DNA of 63,996 nucleotides, filler included, from Porpidia crustulata (taxonomy: Eukaryota), in NCBI GenBank assembly GCA_964255105.1. It is 6 parts of 6 records of this genome, joined end to end, with 100 filler letters (N's around TTAATTAATTAA, not from the genome) between each part and the next. Parts side by side here need not be neighbours in the genome. Positions count along the whole stretch, not along the records: positions 1 to 10,652 come from CAXUWE010000745.1; positions 10,753 to 21,390 come from CAXUWE010000746.1; 4 more parts are not named here. One strand, written 5' to 3'. The notes under the pieces were generated by a model. That model made no database searches. It saw nothing but the letters and a program-made list of their open reading frames with translations, and had not been told where the DNA came from. Shown in pieces: positions 1 to 13,628 of this stretch. Position 1 is the stretch's first letter; every line of letters starts with the position of its first letter. The position numbers and the translations under genes are program-made.

Positions 1-538
1 TTCCAAAATCACGCCCCTCCGACCCTACCACATCGCCGACAAACTCCCGCTCTAGCGTCACAGCCGCTCTTTGCATCTAAACCACCACCACCACCACCAC
101 CAACAGCATCCACGCCGTTTATCACAGCCATCAATACAAACATGTCCTCCTTCACTGCCTCACGGCCTGCCGTACTCAGGAGGGTTGAGGTATTAAACCC
201 CAGCTGAGGAGATACCGACGATGGCTGGGACCACTGGAACGGTGGAATAAGGGTTATATCCATGTATATCTGGTAAGTTGTTGGAGATAAACATCGATTT
301 ATTAATTGCAATGGTGTGCTATTTGAGACGGGAACTTTTGGAGCTATGACACAACTCAATGGTCACGGTTGAGATTCCGAAAATGCCAAAGATAAGGATG
401 GTTCCCCCGGCAGGGAATGGTGGCGTGGATTTCGATTCCTTGACGATTCGGTTTTGTTTGGTGCTTTTGTTCCACGACATGGTGATTACGAATTTTGGCG
501 TTTTCGCTTTGTTTTGTGTTGCTACAGGCGCGATGGCA

Positions 539-620
539 TAGGATAGGATAGGATAGGATGGGATATTTTGCAGGTGAGGGTGGGCGAGATAGATGGATGG
601 GGATGGGGATAGGGATGGGA
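539..620. repeat. (GGATA)n microsatellite followed by degenerate GGGAT(G/A) repeats
   Basis: taggataggataggatagg at ~539-557, then ggatggggatggggatagggatggga. Confidence 0.8.
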
Positions 621-3600
621 TTAAGGAAAGGATGCATGCGGTGGAAGAAGATGGGGTTTGAGACTTCAGGGTGGACGATGGGATGGATGCCCCATTGTGT
701 GGCATTCTCGCAAGGAACTATGTGGAGGGTATGTTTGGTGGCAAGAGGTGTGATGTAATATCTAGAATCGTAACAGCCATACTACAACAACAAATATTCC
801 GCCTTCTCCTTCCTCCCTACTCTCCTAGTCCACGCGTCTCCCATACCTTGCAGCTTCTCCCAGCCCCTTCGGGAACTCCGTATGTCAAATGGTGAGCCAT
901 ATTTGAATCGCCAAGAGCCAGGTCTCGGCGGGGTAACGATAATAGCCTCAGTGTCGACTTCATCCTTGACTCCGAGAAGACCGTCGCTCATCACTGAACG
1001 AGTTTTTCGACGGCAGGCGTATCAAGTCCATTGATCGCTGCCCTCGATGCCACATCCCAAACCACCAAACCGACTCTTCCAGTCCTCATCATGATAACGG
1101 TCCCGTGACATTAACGCTCTAAGCGCGCGCCCGCTATGACTTCCGCATTTTGATTTCCGCCTTGTAACGATAATGCCTTAAGATTCAGGCTTTTATTTCC
1201 GCCTTGTGATCCGCTCAAGCGAGGCGGCCCCCACCCCACTCCTTCTTGGATCCATTACCCGACTAGGCAGCCAGCCATTATTCACCCGTCTGTCGTGTTT
1301 CTGCTGCCTGTAGCCTTGATGGAGTCCATCATTCCTTTGGTCTCCCGTTCCATCTATCAGCACCATCCACAATGCCCTCGTGCCGTGGATAAGCTCGCAA
1401 TGGGGCCGTTGCCTTGTCGTTTATTACTGTTTTCCTTCTGTCAGCTGCGACTCCTTCGAGCCTACTTTCGGCTTTCGTCTAATCTTGTTACTGGTAAGGC
1501 GACGACGGCGGGTCATTAATGCGAGACCCCCCCACATGATAAAATAAGGTCAATTCAGTGTACACTTATTATCAAGTCATCTTAAACTCATCTGCCCGAG
1601 ACTCCATTATGCGGCTCAATGGTTGCTTTTGTTTCGCCTTGTATGCTACGTGCAGCCTGAAATCTATCGTATTTATATGTCATATCTTGTCCTGAAGGCG
1701 CCTGGACCCCCAACATGGCTTGCAGTCTGTGTTTCCTTGTTTGTCGTTATGCCGCGGACCTGTCGCTGGTTTCTCTGCTGTCATCGCATTGCTGCCTGCG
1801 CATTGATGACTGTGCATGCATTTAGCATAATGGAGAGGGAGCAATTGCAGTAGACGGGCCGAATGATGTGGATTCATATCGGCTCCCGATTGGTCCTGCG
1901 GTGCATCGTAGATATCTTACTTTTTTGAAACCTGATATCGCTTCAGGCTCCCCTAGATTTGCTCTTTCTACTAATCGCATAAATCATGGCCACGCATCTT
2001 CACAGAGATCAAGCTAGTCAACGCGCGTGACTTGTCGGCACCCAGGGCTTATTGTATCGTGTCATCAAATGAGACATGTTTGACATTTCACATAGTATCT
2101 CCTGACCCTTTGAGCCTTGCCATTCAGTGTCGGTCGCCTGGTACGAGCGGCACATACGCATGAACCCAGCCGGTGTCCGTTCCAACCATGCAAAGAAGAC
2201 CTGCATAAGTGTCGTCGCGGTTACGGTTTCCTTCTACGACATGTTCCATATGCCCTAAACATCAACTCCTGGATCCTCTATGATATGCGGTACAATCCAG
2301 CTTGCATTAACTCCGCCAGATATTGAGATTCTTCGGGATCTAGGCACCGGCCGAACCCAAGTTGGTTAAATATATTTCGTGGCGTACGTATCATTGGTCC
2401 CTCTGTGCCTCCACGGAATTCCTCCCATCGCTGCAGCTTGCACAGCTAGGCGTATACATGCATATGCACGCTAAGGGGAGGCAACAGGCTTACTAAGGTA
2501 CATAGCATCCAGATTGCCAATAGAGCGATGATTTGGACCACCCAATAGTCCAAAACATCACTTGTTGCGCCACCCTGGCTGAGTGATCTTCTCTGGCAAT
2601 CTGATATGGCAGTCTTGTCATCTTCCAATTAGCCGAGGAACTTTTAGCTCTCATATCAGACATCAACATCAACATGTACACCCTGCTCTACAAGGCAACA
2701 CACACATGTCCACCACCCGCTGGACTCCCGTTCCGATCAAGATGATAAGAGTCAAGTAGGTAACCGCATTTTCCCGCTTTTTTGCTTCTCTGGCATCATC
2801 CTAGCCGCTTAAATTTCGATGCTCGAACAATTGGTGCTTCGTTCGTCTCAAGTTCGGTCTCATGTGGTCTTATGTAGGCTATAGGTCCAAATAGTAGCCA
2901 TGGCATCGTTAATTTGACCTACAGTCATCAAGTGAATGTCATACAAGGTTGCCTTTTCATGCTTGGCGATGAACCTGTATCGTGAGCTTTGAAGTCCTCG
3001 GTCTTTTCACCTAGCTAAGGAGCACTGTTATTACCAACGTCATCGAGTATGGAGGTTGATGTCCATGGATAAGCATGAAGCACAGAAGCTATGCCAATCA
3101 ACCTCAAGCTCAATAATGCTCACAAAAATGATAGTACGCTAGAGTTATATAATTATAACCAACCGTTTCCTATCACTCTCTTGGTAGGCTCGGTTCTGCC
3201 GTTCTGCATCCAAATGCAATCAGGTCGCACGATCCCAAAGTTGAGACCCCACGCCTGCGTGACGGGAATGCACATAGATATCTGCAAAGTCCAGCATGAG
3301 CACATGCGAGAATGAACAAGATCAAAGCAAAATCTAGACCATCACGGCTTTATTGGTCGAAAATCATCCATGTAAAGCAGCTTTTCAACTCAGTGAGCGC
3401 ACGTCTTCAAGATGGTGACGGTAGAAAACTATATATGCCAATTGACAGAAGGACATTTTCCAACGTATCAAGGCTCTCTACCAACGTAGAAGGCTCGGCA
3501 GAGTCCAAAGAGGTTGTTGGTAACCACAGCCATACCAAGACAGCTGCAAGTGGTTCAACGCCCATGAATATATGTCTGCTTTGATCCCTTGGACTGCCTA

Positions 3601-5036
3601 TCGACCGTTTGTTCCAGTACCAAGCTCATATATTGAAGCGGTATTCATGATGGTGGGCTGTAACAATGATATGAGCGACACTTCTTTGAGACCTCTCATT
3701 CGCCTCGAAAAGGCTTTCATGACAGCTAAGCCTCTACCCAGAAGGTGCCACGAAGGTGCCACGACCACTTTTTCACAAAGTAAGCGGCAAATTCGTATCC
3801 GAAATGTAAATGGCTTGTAAATTGTGTAGTCCGCTCCGACGGCAGAGAGAGTTACGGATTGTATTGACAGAAGGAATGTTTAGTGACGTAGTTGACATTG
3901 CTATGGGACCGGCGGGGCCGGGCGCAGTTATCCGGATTGCCTGGCTTCGGGACGATGAATCGCTCAAAGAAGCATCGACATTGCAGTAGAGTTAAAAGGA
4001 TGTAGTAGTGATAGCAAGACAGTAAAAATGACCGAACAGTCGTGGTACGTCTGTAGTGCAAATTTTGAAATGGGGCGCATAATATCGTATGAGATAAAGC
4101 CGTTCGCCTCACTTTTCCCCCCTGTGATTTCTTAGCAGCAGCTAAAGACAATAGGTGTGAAGCAATTGAGCCCGTGATTGGTCGGAAATATTGAAGAATG
4201 CCTCCTTCGGTGATCCCAGGATCAATGTTATTGAACAAAGTTCTGAAGCCATTGTGCCAACAGCGAGACACAGTCAATTCCTTGATCATCGCAAGGATTG
4301 GACGTGGTAGATGAGCGAATCGGAGTCCAACGACTTCTCAGGTAATTAGGCTGTTGCAAATTTCCGATAGCGGGCATCAGATATTTCGGCCTTTCAGCCT
4401 TCTCGGAGAATCTTCGTGGCTGGCATAGGCGCGTACTGTGTACTTGCTGTACAAAAATCCGCGAGCTTGAAGTTCCAGAAATCGAGGGCCCAATACTAAG
4501 TAGCTATTTGTTTGGGTACCCAGGACCCGAAATGAGGAACGCTGTTGTATTTAGGTCTTCTGTCCTCACGGTAAGGGCGCCGATCACAATCATGACCATT
4601 ATGTAATGTATTTAAAGACAGCAAGCCAATAGGCAGACTGTCCCACGTAAATTTTAGGCCGAGGGCAGTAACGAGAGAAATTCTTCGAAAGCATAGTAAC
4701 GAGAAGGCACAGACCTCGTGAAAGAACAAATGCCGACGCTAGCTGTTCATCTAATTCATAAACCAACAAGTAATCCTAGCATGGATGTCAGGAAATGGAA
4801 ATTGCCAATGGGGCTTGACATTCTCAGATTCCACTTACATTTCAGAGAACATCAGAACTGTAAAAGAGAAGTTGGCGCCGGAAAGCAGAGCCTTACACTG
4901 CGTCGAATTGATTCCTGGGAACCTTGACAAGCTTCAAGCCAAGGCGACTTGTAGAGCTTTACAGCCCACATTTCTCTGATGCCAATTCTACGGAACATAT
5001 CTGCCAGCACCCACACACCATCAATTCGTCGATTTG

Positions 5037-8000
5037 TCATATTTTGAATGGATCCTTAGCTTCGAAGGTGTCAAAATCAACCATTGCCTCAAGCTTACTA
5101 GGATCCGAAATGAACGCCTGATGGTGCTTCTTCAGTGGAGCGTTATGCTCCTTTCCAACAGAACCAGCACTCAGCCAGGATAGAGGGTCCGTTTTAGGAG
5201 AGCTGTGGGGCCTTTTGTTTGATTGCCCTTCTTCGGAACGCGAGTCAATCATCATGACATCCTTCTCATTTTGTGTTGTGTCTGTGGTTTCTAAAGGCAA
5301 AGGCTTGCTGACAGGATGCTGATCGACTTGGATCTTCGGACTGCTGAAAGCTGACAAGGGATCCACCCTAGGCACAAGATCTGACATTGTAATGTCACGA
5401 TCATTGGGAATTGGGGATATCCCAGAGCTGTTTTTCATTATAAGCTGCTGTGGATTCTGTAGTGCCAAACCATATTGAGTAATCTCGAATTTGTGCGACT
5501 CCTTGCTGAACCGAATCCATCTTTTGAACTAAAACACATTAGCTTGATAATTCTCTGTAAATCATATCATGGACAAACAGAAGCTATACGCATCCCAAGC
5601 CATAGTATCCTTTCCACACGGGGCGCAGCCATTGAAGGTAGCTCTAATGAGCGCTCTTCGTCATCAACCATGGCCTCTTGAAACCAGTATTGTGGAAGAT
5701 AACCTTGGCTATACACCTGACCACGTAAAACGAAGTCCTCAGGTAAAGGTCGACTAATGCCATCGCTGGATTTAGGAAATCCCTCACCCCAAACCCTTGG
5801 GGTCATCGCTACCGGCTTGGCTAATATGTTGAGATAAGAACAGATTTCTCCCCAAGGGATATCCCGTTCCACGTACTTCATCGCTTTCTCGACAACCGCA
5901 AGACTCCAGAGAAACACAAACGAGACGTGGATGAGCGGAAGAACATTCTTGTCGCCGAAACGCTGTAGCGATATTGATAGAGTAAGGAAAGCAATAGCTG
6001 AAGCATGAGAAATGACAAGTTCTGAAGATTCAAGATCGGAGGCGGTCAGATTGTTAGGTGGCGCTCGGTCCGCTTGAGCATGGGACGGATGTGCAGGATT
6101 GGCATTTGCGTCGAAAGATTGAATGAAAGAGGGCGGGAACTGCGGGCTCGGTCTCTGATTTCCTTGAAAATCGACCTCGTCATAGGCAAGGCGGAAGATT
6201 GACTTGTGTATGCCGCGTTGCTTTGTGGCCCCATATTCAAAAAGAGCAGCAATATTGGTGACTGCAATGAAGACGCCTTGTTCCTTGAATTTAGCAGTGA
6301 CTCTACCAATATAGGTGTCCAATAGACCATCTTTCAGTTGCCGAATACCATCACTGAATTCGTTGTGCAGTTTTCCAGTGAATAAGAATCCATGGCATGT
6401 AATGAAGACGCCCTCCAAGGACGAGGTTCGATGATAGGCTGAGTCCTTGCCGTTTAGCTTTGGGGTGAAGACGGCCGTAATGCTGCCTCGGGCACTTTCG
6501 AAAGGGATGATACAAGTGAGAGACTTGGCGTAGAGAGAGAGTTGCTGCAAGCTACTCGGACGAGCAAGAATGGCGAGATGGTGATACAGCCGGCCTACCT
6601 TTGGGCTCTTGTCTGCAGCTTTACTATACCAAAATCGTGCAACTCCACTCCATATTTCTCGATCCTTAATGTCGTCGTCTTCGATGGCCATACGGTATCG
6701 AGCTAGATCTCCCAGGCATTCGATCCACGTATCCTCAAACGTTGGTACGGTCTCGTAAAGCAGAGCCATCATTGAATATGCAATATAAATGAAGGCCAAC
6801 ATGTGATCAAGTGACTCGGGAAGCCTGTGTCGAAGGACCTCTAGAAATGCATGAATTCCATGTCGCCACATTCGCGCTGGCATCGAATACTTTGCCGCGA
6901 GTCTGCTCAGAGTAGGACTGGCTGATGGATGTTGCGAGGCAAGGAAGAAGTCATGATGTTCGTGTAATAGTTGCTTATGGAGAGCAATCAGAGCTTGCCA
7001 TTGTTCATTACTCAACTTGTTATTCCGGGAAACGTCTTTGCCTTGAGCTGTAGTGGGTTGATTCTCATCAACCTCGATACACTTAGCCTCTACCATGACC
7101 AGCCCGGCATAGATACCCTTAACCTCTACAACTAATTGGTCATGGGAGATTGGCTTCGTTTCAGGCTGCGGGATCATGACAGGCTCATGTTCCGTATGAT
7201 ACTCCTGGGACTGATCTGCCGACGCAGATCCATATAGCGGGACAACATCCTCAAGGTTCTCACTGCCGAAGGTAAAAGGCTGCGGGGGATGGCTTTCCTT
7301 GTCAAGTTCCAATCTCGGCTGCAAACTTCCTCTGGCATCTGATATGGTTTTCTTGGCGGCGGAAGTTTGGGATTTTGGATCGTTAGCACGACGAGCTGTG
7401 CGGGGATGTTCCTGACGTCTATGTTGGGTATCATTTCGAGCTAAGGGAGTTAGACCAATATCATCGGTATTAGGGTCGAACAATCGCTTAGCGAATCCTC
7501 CAGTTTTACGCTGATGTGTGGGATCGCTGGCAGTAATTACTTCACGGTCGAAGTCCGGGTCCCTACCAATGAATGGGTCGCCAGATAAAGTCTTCAAGTG
7601 ACGAGCCCTTGAGGAGATCTTTCCAAGGTTTTGCGCACCTGGGAGTGGCTCTGCAGGTCCGGAACCTGCTCCTGCACCACGCTTCAGCGGGTTGTGTGGG
7701 ACTAAAGGAGAATTCCCAGAATCTGGCATATACTCAGTGGAGAGATCCTTATTAATGGTAAGTTTATCGATCTTGTGGATTTCCTTTTCTGGATCTCGTA
7801 AAGGGGCCGGTGCGGAAGTGGGTCTCGAGGGCGAGGAAGATCCTATCTCATCCCCAACATGAGGTCGGGTAGATGCGTCATCTTTTGATGAAGGCTTGGA
7901 AGAAAATATTTCCGGAGAGCGCGCACTTCGACGGGAAGTCTTCTGCCTGATCGTTGCAACATAATATTAGTTTAGGCACAACAAAATGGGAGCAGATGGA

Positions 8001-8269
8001 CATATGCAGAAACACAAACGTGCAAAGCAGCAGAGGATGACGTACGCTCTGTCAATCGCTTCTTGTCGGAACTTCTTCCTTGCCTCGGCCTCTCCTGCAA
8101 CATCTCTATAGTCAAGAGCGTCAGAGTGCAAATCCTTTGCGTGCTGCCATAATTTTGGTTCTTGCTGGAAGGCTTCCGAGCATACGGGGCAGATGTAACC
8201 TCTGGCAGTTGAACGCTGGAAATCTTGGATCTTCCTAGCCAGAAAGTGAGGCTTGTCAATGTTGCTCAT
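5037..8269 (-). CDS. Est1/SMG6-SMG7-type TPR DNA/RNA-binding domain protein with an N-terminal C2H2 zinc finger (~1030 aa, 3 exons)
   Basis: Exons 8269-8046 (CPVCSEAF...LWQHAKDLH), 7946-5579 and 5528-5037 join in frame via introns 8045-7947 (GTACGT..CTAAT..CAG) and 5578-5529 (GTTTGT..CTAAT..TAG). Core motifs QLVVEVKGIYAGL, WQALIALH, MPARMWRHGIH, WIECLGDLARYRMAIE, GRLYHHLAILARP, RPLPEDF match the fungal Est1-like family. Confidence 0.8.
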
Positions 8270-10652
8270 GCTAGCCTGGCTGCCAGGTATTGATTGTATC
8301 CGTGAATGCCAGGAAGGCTCTCATAAATTTACTGCCACCAATCAGCGCCACTCCACACCGTGATACTAAAGAGGAATAGCATGGTGAGTCGCCATTGAAG
8401 GGTACTTCGCTCTTACCATAAGCGATGCGGTTGACAAAGGTGGACATTACCACCTGCACGGCTTGGCGGTGAGAGAAGTCGAACAATGATTGGGTAGCTT
8501 CGATAGACTCAGCAATGTTCACAGTGAATTGTGACTTGTTGCGAGAGCCTCCCATGAATTTGGGATGCAATGACAGGATATGTTGTTGCTCATATCCGAA
8601 ATGGAAGTCGGGGAGAGTGTGTGGGCGACATGATGAGGCTCAAGTGGTTCGCCAAAATTCAGGCAACGAAGGCAACCACTCACCCACTCATGGGTTGCCT
8701 ACCGTAACGTCAACTAGAAGAGGCAAATCCGGTGCGCCAGAGCTATCCCAGACATTCATTTTCCTCATTATAGCTGTAACCTCATCCCTTATCACCTCTC
8801 CTATTGAACAGCGATCTCATAGAACATGCCCTGAACAAAAGCATCCGATCTTTCTTGATTTGACACGAAGATCTACGAATGCTTGCTCCAGAGGTGGTAC
8901 ATAAGATGACCAGGTTCTATGCTATCTATCAAATCAAGTCTACGGACCGACAGGAGGCAATGAACGCATTATCTCTTTTCGTATCAACCAGTCAAGAATG
9001 TTTAGTCCTCCCACGATAACATAGACGGCGAATGAAATCCTGTGTTCGCGTTCTCTATGTGGAACAGGAAATGTGTCTTCTTCACCTCTCATATGCATGC
9101 ATTTCCTTCTGTTTCGTGCGTGTTTCTCAGCTCCACAATCGTTTGGAATTCTTGATTATTTTGAATCGTACATGACGAGTGGAAGCAAGGTCATATCCAT
9201 GTAATTCAGGTCCATGGACTTACTGCCACACAAACGCAGACACGTTAACGCGCGCCATATTCCAGACGTCATCACCCAAGCCTGATAAATTGCCAGCGTT
9301 AAGGCTCACATTAGGGTACATTCCAAGAAGCAGACATGAGCGGAAGAGCAGTTCAAAGATGAGACTTCTCAGCTGTATCTGGCAGAACCACCAAATTGAA
9401 CGGCAATCGGCTTGCTGCTTCAAACCTGTCGAAGAACTATCTACCTAAAAATATCGTCGGGCTTCACCAATCGCCCCATCAAACACTTGGGCAATTGACC
9501 ACCATTGGCTTTGATGTGCTATACTTCTAATTCCTCAGAGCAGCCCAAAGTGATACATGCCACTTCTATCGGCCCCAAGGATCTTGCGATGGTAGGTCTT
9601 GTATTGAGCCAGCACAGCGCAAAGAGCGTGGCCGGACTTTCCTTCCGCCAATGTATTCCAAAGACTCTGTCGTTGCCTTTAGGCTTCCTTACACAGACAG
9701 ATTCGGTATGTAACAGATTGGCATCGTATATATTGAAGCTACCAAGTCTGACGGAGCAAATCACGAGATTACTGGACCGCAAATGTTCGCTTTGCAAGCT
9801 CCGTTATTGTCGCAAGGCGTAGGTCGAAACGGAAGGATTGCCTGTCAAGTCTATTACTCCAAAATAGGGCTTTTATCGCGTGACCTCTGTGGAGTCAGCA
9901 TCTTATCGACCATCACGCGGCTGTTTCGTCATTCAGATTTGTCTCTGCTGCCTACTTGTGTTGTGAATTTTAGGACCAAGGCAACTCTCCATAGGCTTTA
10001 CATTCCTCATACCGCTCACCGCCTTCCCTACAGCCCGATATCGGACCATGGATGTCGCTTCAAATATCAAGGCTTCGTATGTTCTCGCCGTCAGCATTGT
10101 CGGTGAAGCTTAAGCCGAAAGGCGTCATTCCAGGCAGCAATTACGAGGGGGCAAAGGTCAGTTGTATGCCCCGAATCCTCCGACTATAGTGAACACGAAG
10201 TTTGCCTACAGCATCGAAGAAATACGGTGCAAGATCAAGTCATCTAAGTTAGATATCCCTCACCTGACACAAACAGCACTCCGTCGGTATTCAGACTCTT
10301 GGAACTCTAGCTGTTTTTCATCCGTCGAAATCCCAGCAAGCGAGCGTAGGATCTGCTAATCTCTTCAACGAATCATTCGCAAATACCTCAAAGTCGTATC
10401 TTGACGGTCATCCGACGTGGTGTCTGTAACACCGGACGCAGTACCAACAGAACGGATCACTTCTGCCGTTGGTGACGTTTATCCAAGGATGTCATCTACC
10501 TACACAAAGGCGCATCTTGTCTTGGGACAGACGAATAGAGATACCTTGATGCAGCAGCACCCACAAAAAGTCGAAGTTCCCCCATTTCTCAACAACAATG
10601 ACAATCTCGCGCTCTTAATCCTATCCGTCCACAATCCATCCCCTCTCCATCC

Positions 10653-10752
10653 NNNNNNNNNNNNNNNNNNNNNNNNNNNNNNNNNNNNNNNNNNNNTTAA
10701 TTAATTAANNNNNNNNNNNNNNNNNNNNNNNNNNNNNNNNNNNNNNNNNNNN
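10653..10752. other. artificial contig-joining spacer (44N-TTAATTAATTAA-44N)
   Basis: Identical 100-nt spacer occurs five times; TTAATTAATTAA has stops in all six frames. Confidence 0.99.
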
Positions 10753-12940
10753 ATTTTCCACCTCTCCCAACGGAAACCTCCCATTCCCCTCCTGATCCGT
10801 CACATCGATCCCCTTACGTCCCTCATTGCCCTCAATCTTCGACATCTTCCTCGTCGGCGACGAACTCAGTAGATTCTCCATGTGCATTCCCAATGACGGT
10901 AACAGTACCGATCGTTTCCTCTTGCTCTCGGCGGCCAGCGCCGGTTTCTCGTCCGCGTCCTCTTCGAACTTAAAAGGCCGCCCGGATGACATCTTGTGCC
11001 GAGATTTCATAGATGCGCCGGCCTCAATAGACCGACCTTCTTTGCGGCTTTTGATCTCTGCCGCGGGTTTCATGGTAACGGAATGTTCGCTGGTTCGGCC
11101 GGAGAAGCTTGACTTCATACTCATATCTGAAGGGTGACGGTTCTGTGGTGGTGGCTGCTGGGGGTCCCTGGTGGTCACTGAAACCGAACAGGTATTAGCA
11201 TGGGAATACGAAGCAGCTCTTGCCTCCGCGGCTGTCGAAGGCTTGAAAGATTTTGGTGGTGTATTGGCTGCACTACCAACCCTGGTGTTTGCTGGAGCCT
11301 GGATACCAATATTCTCTTTCTGTGGACTCCATCCAGCTATGAGTTCTTCGAATTGACTGTCGGTATTCTCAGATAGTAGCATACAACTCTCGTTGTGATT
11401 GGAATGGTGGCGACTACTTGCTGGTGTGATAGGAAACGAACAATCAGGCATTGAACGATCTCCTGTAGTAGTGGAAGAGCGAGTAGCGGCCCAATTCAAC
11501 TGTTGCTGAAGTCGGGCATCTTCAATAAACGGATCGGCCAACGGAGGTAATGGCGACCAGTGAGAATCGGGGATTCCAGGAAGCTTTGAGGCTACCGGCG
11601 GTAGCATTACTCTGGTAGAGTCCGCAATGTCTGGAGATCCATCTCGACGGCGCGGAGAATGAGCATGTGAGTCTGGATCAGCTCCAGACTTACGAGGCGA
11701 TGCGACTAGACTTTGATACCACATCGCTGGGTTTGGCCATGCTACGCCGGCGTCCTCAAGCACGTCTTTGGTACCGTTAGAACAGATATTTTTTCCGAAA
11801 AGAAGTATACTTACTGAGAGGTGCATGCTGAAAAGAGAACGAGACAACATTCCCGATCCTGGTAAAAGGAGGAGATGATCCGGCACGACCAAGTATGCCT
11901 TCTGCAATGACCACCTTAATGCGTCCCAGATTCTCACCGGCGTTCCACCAGCTCTGCGTGAGCATTTCTTGATGAAATGGAGGGAACTCTAAAGCATTAT
12001 GATTACCTGCCTTATCTACTTCTATAGGCAACAATTAGCGCGGAATCTCGGTATTCAACTGGAATACTGCAATGTCAAGCTTTACAAACCATAAACGAAT
12101 TATAGAATTGCGACTTCAACATATCAATAGCGGTTTATAGCAAGGCCTAAGAGCTTAAGGAAGAAACCCTTGCATCGGGATAGAAGGCCAAGTGAAAAAT
12201 AGCAAGGCAAGCGGAAATACTAATGACAGATACCTCAAGGCTTGACACTAAGATGCAAAGATTAAGAGTCTTCTGCATCTTAAAATATCAACCAAAGCAA
12301 AGAGGTAAAGGCTAGAGACAAATCCAAGGAATTGGCGAACTCACGAGAACAAGTATCTGTAGAGTCATCAGCAAAATCCATGCTTATCAGAACGTTTTGA
12401 CCCACCAATCTGCTGTGGCCACCCCGGCCTTTGTCCAAAGAGTATTCCCCTACAAAATCCCCCCCATTATATCAGCAACAGTCAACGGCATCTTTCTCAT
12501 GCTTCCCATCAAAATCAAACTCACGCTACACAAACCCCATCCAACAGCACCCTAGCCTCAAATACCAGCACCCCATCATGTGGCGCCACCGCCAACGCAG
12601 CCCTACTAGGTACGGGTTGCTGCCAGCTATGCAGGCTGACTCTGAACGGGGTGTTCTGCGGCAGGGCGGGCACAAAGCAGGCGACTGTGGGCAGTGGACG
12701 CGGAGGATTTGTCTGATTATTGACGGTGGGTAAGGATTGAGGGCTCGACGAGGGTAGGGTAGTTGAATCTGTCCGATTAGAACTCTATTTGAGGATAGGG
12801 AACTTCCTTGAAGTCTGGGAGTGTATGGGCGGGAAAGGGGTACCTGTATCTGCGGTGATGAAGCAGCCAGTCTTGAACTCTTGCATTGGAACTTTAGAGT
12901 CCTTAGGGAAGAGAAGGACGTCCCAATCTAGGTAACGCAT
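10753..12940 (-). CDS. conserved Pezizomycotina hypothetical protein (MRYxxWDVLLFP family), multi-exon, runs into the contig end
   Basis: Spliced reading MRYLDWDVLLFPKDSKVPMQEFKTGCF...FVPALPQNTPFRVSLHSW...FEARVLLDGVCVA/GILFGQRPGWPQQI/.../LEFPPFHQEMLTQSWW...GRIKVVIAEG...FSFQHAPL/DVLEDAGVAWPNPAMW, then a disordered tail; canonical introns. Confidence 0.75.
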
Positions 12941-13628
12941 TGTCACCGGTCGCGGGAATTGAACTGCTGAAGGGAGGGAAAGTTGTCGTGCTAGTTATTA
13001 CGTGGGTTGAAATCGTTGATTGGTGACGATTAACGTAGTGCCAGTGCAGATGCTTTTTCGACTTGAACATTGCCAGAAGTGCGGGTTGACATGGAGACTA
13101 CTTCACCGATAACTTGTCATTTACTTATGGAAACACCATCTCCTTAGGATATGGCGGGGGATTGCAAGAAAGGAAAGAGCGTTCTTGCGCAATAATTGTT
13201 CTCGACATTCTATTGTCAGAGAGAAAGAGTGTGAGATAGTCGATCCTACCATTATCGCACCCTTTGGTAGGCTAGAGTCTGCTCTGCACTATAAGATACA
13301 TGGTGCAGGCTCTGAATGGAATCGAAGGGGATGTTGCATTGTGATACAGAATCGAAATCGCCCAGCCAAGGTTTAATTTCTCCGAAGACACGCAGCGACC
13401 ATGACTGCACCCCATTTTCGAAGAAACTCCGTTACTTTTGAACGCTCATCAGGGATATAAATTTCCAGACATCCATCCAGCGGACAATTTGATGGTAGAG
13501 TTGGAAAAGCACTGGAGCTACTGCGAAAGATAGGCCATATTTGCGCCGACTCAAAAAGTACGTGGTAGGTATATGTCGTTGCAGTGAGACCACCCAAAGG
13601 ATTCGCTCATCCCTCAACAACAAACCAT

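Noticed and set aside
760..5000. Many short ORFs in contig 1 (also 8300-10650, 22100-24200, 62600-63996)
   Set aside because: No recognisable domains or consistent exon chains; cannot be supported without searches
7729..7946. Possible frameshift between the zinc-finger exon and the main Est1-like ORF
   Set aside because: Recounting shows 7945-7730 is 72 sense codons in frame; the ORF track merely starts at the first ATG
10697..10708. TTAATTAATTAA recurring every ~10.7 kb as a periodic biological element
   Set aside because: Always centred in 44+44 Ns; it is a six-frame stop linker
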